Below are positions 6,431-10,632 of a stretch of 10,632 nt of DNA, piece by piece. The stretch is from a virus (taxonomy: Duplodnaviria; Heunggongvirae; Uroviricota; Caudoviricetes). Each line of letters opens with the position of its first letter. Position 1 is the stretch's first letter. The position numbers and the translations under genes are program-made. The stretch lies in the IMG/VR virus record IMGVR_UViG_2675903650_000012, positions 1 to 10,632 of that record. One strand, 5' to 3'. The notes below the pieces were generated by a model. The model was not told where the DNA came from. It made no database searches and saw only the letters and a program-made list of their open reading frames with translations.

Positions 6431-7587
6431 TTGCGCCCCCTTACCTCTGAAGGGTTCAGCGACAAATTTATGAGACTGGCCAGTAGCGCCGCGTCGTTGA
6501 TGCGGTCATACAGACTTACAGCCAGCGGGGATTCGGCTTTTGCCAACATGGGATAAAGCTGCTGCAGCCAGACCTTGTGGATTACCGACAGGTGGGAGTA
6601 AAGCACGCTGGCGTTATCTGCGGCATCGCTCAGCGTGGATGGCTTTGAAAGCAGTTTTTCCATCTGGTTAAAGGCATTGATGTATGCCTCTTTGAACCGG
6701 GCAGCACGTTTACCCGTGAAACCCATAGCAAGAAACGCAAAACCGTCTCGTGTGATTTGATAGCAAGGGAGCTTGCGTGTACCACCGTTCGGTTGATTTA
6801 CCGAAATCGATGTCTCCGCAAAATTGCGGGCACAAAACTCTGGGGAACAATCCAGAGTGCGGATCTTTTTCAGCACATCGTCGTGACGCTTGGAGAAGGA
6901 GTTGGCAACAGCCAAAGAAGTGGTAACGGCCTGGCCGTTGTCAATGGTGATTTCAGGTTGAGTGAGGGCTGGGATCGTAGCCATGATGGCAGCCTCCGTT
7001 GACAGTGAAAAACTTCCACCACCGGAAACGCCAATTTCACTGGTGGTGAACTGGACGGGGTTGGCGTAACCGGCGTCAACGGAGACCGGCGCACCTTTCG
7101 GTGCCCCCGCCCAGCCCACCATAATCTGGATGTGAGCAAATGCGGACGATAAAAAAGACGCTGGCGCGTCATACATCGCCGTTGACAATTTCAGGACGCC
7201 AATCCCGGCACCCGCTTTATAAGGTGCCTGAACAGTGTAACGTCCCGGAATGGCAGAATCAATGTGCTGGTGGTCCTTCACACTCAACAAAATCACGCCT
7301 GAATTTCCACAAAGGACTAAAGCACTCATGCTGGTAGTCTTTGCGAAGATAGATAACGCGCTGTGTTTCTGGCTCCCAACGAATAACATGAACATAAAGT
7401 CCTCTTCCGTCACGAAACCAGCGGTTAAGTTCCTGCACAACTCGCCCCCCACAGTCAGGTAAAGTTCTCTGTGGTTACTTACAGCCAGGTGATTTGGTAA
7501 TCTGCATTCATGCCGTAACAACAGGTGTTCAGCGACGCTGACCACCAGCTGTTGCGACAAACGGTTATTTGCCGTTAAACTATTCAT
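6427..7587 (-). CDS. Rha-family phage regulatory protein with a ~200-aa N-terminal extension of unknown function
   Basis: Residues ~205-320 (MATIPALTQPEITIDNGQAVTTSLAVANSFSKRHDDVLKKI...YQITRDGFAFLAMGFTGKRAARFKEAYINAFNQMEKLL) match the Rha N-terminal domain. The ORF continues in frame ~200 aa upstream (Gly-rich linker VSGGGSFSLS) and its ATG overlaps the stop of the CII-like gene (ATGA at 7584..7587). Confidence 0.65.
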   Translation of the reverse strand: MNSLTANNRLSQQLVVSVAEHLLLRHECRLPNHLAVSNHRELYLTVGGELCRNLTAGFVTEEDFMFMLFVGSQKHSALSIFAKTTSMSALVLCGNSGVILLSVKDHQHIDSAIPGRYTVQAPYKAGAGIGVLKLSTAMYDAPASFLSSAFAHIQIMVGWAGAPKGAPVSVDAGYANPVQFTTSEIGVSGGGSFSLSTEAAIMATIPALTQPEITIDNGQAVTTSLAVANSFSKRHDDVLKKIRTLDCSPEFCARNFAETSISVNQPNGGTRKLPCYQITRDGFAFLAMGFTGKRAARFKEAYINAFNQMEKLLSKPSTLSDAADNASVLYSHLSVIHKVWLQQLYPMLAKAESPLAVSLYDRINDAALLASLINLSLNPSEVRGRK

Positions 7588-8153
7588 GCGTTAGTTTCTC
7601 CACAACCAGAAGCAATCGACGCCACGACGCCCGGAGCTGCACACTCGCGGGCGTTACTATTTTCTGGAGCGCAGAAGATTTTGTAGACCAGTGCTGCATG
7701 CTCCTGGAGCTTCGAAATTGAGAGGTACAGCTCGTCGTTAATTGCTGTCTTCTCATGCGGTTCCACTACACCGTCTTCGATTGCTGAACGAATCTGTCTG
7801 GAATAACTGCCGATCTGTTCAATGACTTCCAGCAGACGCTGGTTAATATCGGCGTTGTCCACATCCTCGACGTCAGGAAGAGACACAAAGACGCCATTTG
7901 CAGACTGCGCCACAGCGTCAGCAATGAAGTGAGTTCCACCAGCACGTTGTAAAATCATTGCCCATCCCAGCGGGAAAATCTGATCGCCATCGGCACGAAG
8001 GCGATTGAATAAAGCGTTCTCTGTTACATCCAGCCACTCAGCAGCTTCAGCGTAACCCCCCGGCAACGCCGCGATAGTTTTTCTGACAGCTTTCACGTAC
8101 CACTCAGGCTGTTTTTCTACTTTCCAGTGATGCTTACCCACGGTTAGCCTCAT
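7584..8153 (-). CDS. Putative CII-like / YdaT-like regulator (189 aa)
   Basis: Second gene after the Cro-like gene, the usual CII/YdaT position. Putative HTH GGYAEAAEWLDVTENALFNRLRADGDQ. No SD is visible upstream of the ATG (cagaacg ATG). The family assignment is positional and weak. Confidence 0.5.
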   Translation of the reverse strand: MRLTVGKHHWKVEKQPEWYVKAVRKTIAALPGGYAEAAEWLDVTENALFNRLRADGDQIFPLGWAMILQRAGGTHFIADAVAQSANGVFVSLPDVEDVDNADINQRLLEVIEQIGSYSRQIRSAIEDGVVEPHEKTAINDELYLSISKLQEHAALVYKIFCAPENSNARECAAPGVVASIASGCGETNA

Positions 8154-8184
8154 CGTTCTGTGGTTAAAAATTGAAGGTGTTCTG

Positions 8185-8385
8185 TTAATCTTTCGGATAG
8201 ATATCCGGTCTTAAGTCAGATTTCGTAATTGCACCTGACGTGCATTGCTCAAGTTTTTTAGCCAGCACAAAACTGGCTTTTTTATAACCATTGAAAACCA
8301 GCCGTAAGTAGCCTGGTGTTGAGCCAACTTTTCCGGCCAACTCGCCCTGCTGTTCTTTGGTTAAAGAGTCCCAATACGCTTTCAT
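8185..8385 (-). CDS. cro: Cro-like HTH regulator (YdaS-type, 66 aa)
   Basis: Translation from the internal ATG at 8385 (MKAYWDSLTKEQQGELAGKVGSTPGYLRLVFNGYKK...LRPDIYPKD), with GGAGG ~10 nt upstream. The C-terminus (...TKSDLRPDI) resembles YdaS (...CEELRPDI). The longer 167-aa ORF would begin upstream of the predicted pR start site and overlap the operators. Confidence 0.7.
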   Translation of the reverse strand: MKAYWDSLTKEQQGELAGKVGSTPGYLRLVFNGYKKASFVLAKKLEQCTSGAITKSDLRPDIYPKD

Positions 8386-8390
8386 ACAAT

Positions 8391-8470
8391 ATGTACCTCC
8401 GATATACATATTACATGATTGAGATGAACCTTCAAGATACTTGTACCCTATCGGTACAAAGGTTTTAATT
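8391..8470. promoter_or_regulatory. Divergent switch region (OR-like): candidate pR (minus), candidate pRM (plus, leaderless cI), and two 19-bp operators
   Basis: Operators ATGTACC-tccga-TATACAT (8391..8409) and the perfect palindrome TTGTACC-ctatc-GGTACAA (8441..8459). Candidate pR on the minus strand: -35 TTGAAG (8430..8435), 16-bp spacer, -10 TAATAT (8408..8413). Candidate pRM on the plus strand: -35 TTGTAC (8441..8446), 17-bp spacer, -10 TTTAAT (8464..8469), placing the start site at or next to the cI ATG (8476). Confidence 0.5.
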
Positions 8471-8475
8471 TCGTT

Positions 8476-9150
8476 ATGAAAACAGTCCATGACATCCGGC
8501 GGTCTAACGCCAGAAAACTGAGAGATGGTGTTGGCGGGAATTCTTCCTTTGCCACCATGATTGATCGCGAGCCAACCCAGACCAGCAGGTTTATGGGAGA
8601 TGGTGCTACTAAAAATATCGGTGACAGCATGGCACGGCACATCGAAAAATGTTTCGACCTGCCTGTCGGATGGCTTGATCAAGAACACCAGACAACAAAC
8701 ATCACAAAAAAACCTGATGTTTCAATTACTAACAAACAAATAACGTTAGTCCCTGTCATATCATGGGTACAGGCCGGAGCATGGAAAGAAGTTGGCTATT
8801 CTGAGGTTGATTTGAGCACAGCAGAAACTTATCCCTGCCCTGTACCCTGTGGCGAAATGACTTATATCTTGCGGGTGATTGGTGATTCAATGATTGATGA
8901 GTACCGCCCGGGAGACATGATTTTTGTAGATCCTGAAGTCCCTGCCTGCCACGGTGACGACGTTATTGCATTGATGCACGATACAGGCGAAACCACCTTT
9001 AAGCGGTTGATAGAAGATGGAACACAGCGTTACCTCAAAGCATTAAACCCAAACTGGCCTGAACCTTACATTAAGATCAACGGTAATTGCTCTATAATTG
9101 GCACAGTAATTTTCTCAGGAAAACCAAGAAGATACAAAATAAAGGCCTAA
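8476..9150 (+). CDS. cI: CI/C2-type prophage repressor (HTH N-domain plus S24 LexA-like autopeptidase C-domain)
   Basis: 224 aa; C-domain LVPVISWVQAGAWKEV...VIGDSMIDEYRPGDMIFVDPEV...TFKRL...LKALNPNWPEPYIKINGNCSIIG closely resembles P22 C2 / lambda CI. Catalytic Ser (GDSM) and Lys (TFKRL) are present, as is an Ala-Gly candidate cleavage site (VQAGAW). Confidence 0.9.
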   Translation: MKTVHDIRRSNARKLRDGVGGNSSFATMIDREPTQTSRFMGDGATKNIGDSMARHIEKCFDLPVGWLDQEHQTTNITKKPDVSITNKQITLVPVISWVQAGAWKEVGYSEVDLSTAETYPCPVPCGEMTYILRVIGDSMIDEYRPGDMIFVDPEVPACHGDDVIALMHDTGETTFKRLIEDGTQRYLKALNPNWPEPYIKINGNCSIIGTVIFSGKPRRYKIKA

Positions 9151-9161
9151 TCAATATTTAT

Positions 9162-9185
9162 AACCTGCTTCGGCAGGTTTTTTTA
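9162..9185 (+). terminator. Intrinsic terminator of the cI transcript
   Basis: Stem aacctgc/gcaggtt (9162..9168 / 9173..9179) with loop ttcg, followed by a T run through 9184; begins 12 nt after the cI stop. Confidence 0.7.
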
Positions 9186-9188
9186 TAC

Positions 9189-9221
9189 TTGACAATGTAC
9201 CCTTGAGATACATAATGTATC
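9189..9221 (+). promoter_or_regulatory. pL-like promoter with overlapping operators
   Basis: -35 TTGACA (9189..9194), 16-bp spacer, -10 CATAAT (9211..9216). Operator ATGTACC-cttga-GATACAT (9195..9213) has the same architecture as the two OR sites; a perfect 15-bp palindrome GATACATaATGTATC (9207..9221) overlaps the -10. Confidence 0.6.
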
Positions 9222-9633
9222 TAAAAGAAACATGTCACAGGCAAGATTAAACAAAATTTGGTTGTAACACGGCGTATGGCACATGCGTCGTTAGCGGTCT
9301 GGGGACGTTAAAGGGGACAATCCACTCCTTGCTCGGGCAAACAAACCAGGTAGCCGGAATGTGCAAGTCAATGAGGATGCTGATAAGACGCCTAACCAGC
9401 GTGGCGATTCGGTTTGACGCCTGGGAAGAGACCAGGGTGCAACGATGAGGGCATTTATGGAACCGCGACAAAGTATGGTGCCGTAACTGGCTAAGTGCTC
9501 TCAGCGTTGTGGTAATCCGCGAAATGGCGCGGCGGTAAGTATGGCGGGGTTATTCCTTCCCCGTTGAGGACACCGGGTTGTCAGGTTGACCATACGCTTA
9601 AGTGACAAGCCCACCACAACAGCCACTGCTTTG

Positions 9634-9679
9634 GCGGTACCAGTTTGTACACTTGCTTCCGGCTGGTACCGCTCTTTTT
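9634..9679 (+). terminator. Strong intrinsic terminator inside the long leader downstream of pL
   Basis: Perfect 10-bp stem gcggtaccag/ctggtaccgc (9634..9643 / 9663..9672) with a 19-nt loop, followed by tcttttt (9673..9679). Confidence 0.6.
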
Positions 9680-9816
9680 ACAAAACAGAGAAGAGCATCA
9701 CCGGACGACGGGCTCATAACCCAATCCACCCGGGCGGCTGCCACCGCAGGTGTTCTTCTCTGTTTTGTGGAGAAACCAACCGACCTTGCAGGGTCGATAT
9801 GATGAGGAGCAGCAAA

Positions 9817-10179
9817 ATGGCTAGCGAACGCAGTACTGATGTGCAGGCATTTATCGGGGAGCTGGACGGCGGCGTATTTGAAACCAAAATCGGCGCTGTT
9901 CTCAGTGAAGTCGCTTCAGGTGTGATGAACACGAAAACCAAAGGGAAGGTCTCGCTCAACCTGGAAATCGAACCGTTTGATGAGAACCGTGTGAAAATAA
10001 AACACAAACTCTCATATGTTCGTCCGACTAACCGCGGGAAAATTTCCGAAGAAGACACCACCGAAACGCCGATGTATGTCAATCGCGGTGGTCGCCTGAC
10101 TATTCTGCAGGAAGACCAGGGACAATTACTGACTCTTGCCGGTGAACCTGACGGAAAACTCCGCGCAGCAGGTCATTAA
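9817..10179 (+). CDS. Hypothetical protein (120 aa), first gene of the pL-side operon
   Basis: Translation from the ATG at 9817 (MASERSTDVQAFIGELDGG...), with strong SD GAGGAG (9804..9809) 7 nt upstream. The upstream in-frame extension to 9586 runs through the terminator hairpin and begins at a TTG. Acidic, with no Arg-rich motif, so not N-like. Confidence 0.6.
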   Translation: MASERSTDVQAFIGELDGGVFETKIGAVLSEVASGVMNTKTKGKVSLNLEIEPFDENRVKIKHKLSYVRPTNRGKISEEDTTETPMYVNRGGRLTILQEDQGQLLTLAGEPDGKLRAAGH

Positions 10180-10244
10180 TATCGTTCTTAATTAACTGAT
10201 TATTTATCTCATCACTGAATATCTTTATATAGTGAGGACTTATT

Positions 10245-10628
10245 ATGTCTCAGAACTTAGACGCAACCGCAATTAATCAAATCCATGCCCTTATTTCTGC
10301 GCAGGGTGTTAATGAAATTATCAGTAAGATTGGTGCCGATGCTGTGGCATTGCCTGAGAATTTCCGCATTCATGATCTGGAAAAATTTAATTTAAATCGC
10401 TTCCGTTTCCGTGGTGCGCTTTCCACTGCCAGCATCGATGACTTTACCCGTTATTCTAAAGATCTTGCAGATGAAGGCACCCGCTGCTTTATCGATGCTG
10501 ATAATATGCGTGCCGTCAGTGTGCTTAACCTGGGTACTATTGATGAACCAGGTCACGCAGATAACACCGCCACTCTCAAACTGAAAAAGACAGCACCGTT
10601 CTCTGTGTCAACGACGGATGAAAAGTGA
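10245..10628 (+). CDS. Hypothetical protein (127 aa)
   Basis: Complete ORF from ATG to TGA, with SD GAGGA ~7 nt upstream (agtgaggacttatt ATG). No family recognised. Confidence 0.6.
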   Translation: MSQNLDATAINQIHALISAQGVNEIISKIGADAVALPENFRIHDLEKFNLNRFRFRGALSTASIDDFTRYSKDLADEGTRCFIDADNMRAVSVLNLGTIDEPGHADNTATLKLKKTAPFSVSTTDEK

Positions 10629-10632
10629 TCCA

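Noticed and set aside
6344-7462. ORFs 6344..6556 (+), 6757..7002 (+), 6870..7172 (-), 7140..7337 (+), 7250..7462 (+)
   Set aside because: They overlap the Rha-fusion gene in other frames; no RBS or domain support.
8185-8688. Full 167-aa minus-strand ORF as the Cro-like gene (also 8448..8642 - and 8561..8743 +)
   Set aside because: The extended N-terminus would be encoded across the operators and divergent promoters and across the start of cI; the YdaS-like domain begins at the internal Met with a GGAGG upstream.
9247-9802. ORFs 9247..9471 (-), 9602..9802 (+), and the 9586 TTG start of the 197-aa ORF
   Set aside because: They lie in the structured leader, include the terminator hairpin, lack an RBS, and read as non-coding translations; the supported start is the ATG at 9817 behind GAGGAG.
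9714-10082. Minus-strand 122-aa ORF
   Set aside because: Antisense to the SD-supported plus-strand gene 9817..10179; Ser/Leu-rich shadow frame.

Overview
This window reads as the immunity and early-right region of a lambdoid prophage (Enterobacteriaceae-like), running from the repressor switch to the Q antiterminator, with no lysis or structural genes after Q. All protein calls rest on motif recognition in the supplied translations and my memory of the families; no database search was run. On the minus strand, a translationally coupled operon (ATGA/TAATG overlaps) runs from ~8385 down to ~1405: Cro-like (YdaS-type) regulator, CII/YdaT-like protein, a Rha-domain protein with an unusual ~200-aa N-terminal extension, two small unknown proteins, an O-like replication initiator with in-gene iterons, a 30-aa ORF, a phage Dam-type N6-adenine methyltransferase, RusA, a KilA-N protein, a DUF968-like protein and a Q antiterminator (QuuD-like). 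On the plus strand sit a CI/C2-type S24 repressor (8476..9150), its terminator, a strong pL-like promoter, a ~590-bp GC-rich ORF-poor leader with an internal intrinsic terminator, and two unknown proteins (9817..10628). Three 19-bp operator-like palindromes (WTGTACC-N5-GRTACAW) overlap the candidate pR, pRM and pL promoters. The most unusual signals are: (1) two diverged copies of a ~230-bp structured module at 165..395 and 652..878, each with a conserved hairpin and a ~120-bp imperfect palindrome whose end resembles an ERIC/IRU repeat; (2) the long N-less leader after pL; (3) a LexA-box-like CTGT-N8-ACAG site upstream of the KilA-N/DUF968/Q genes; (4) the Rha fusion protein.
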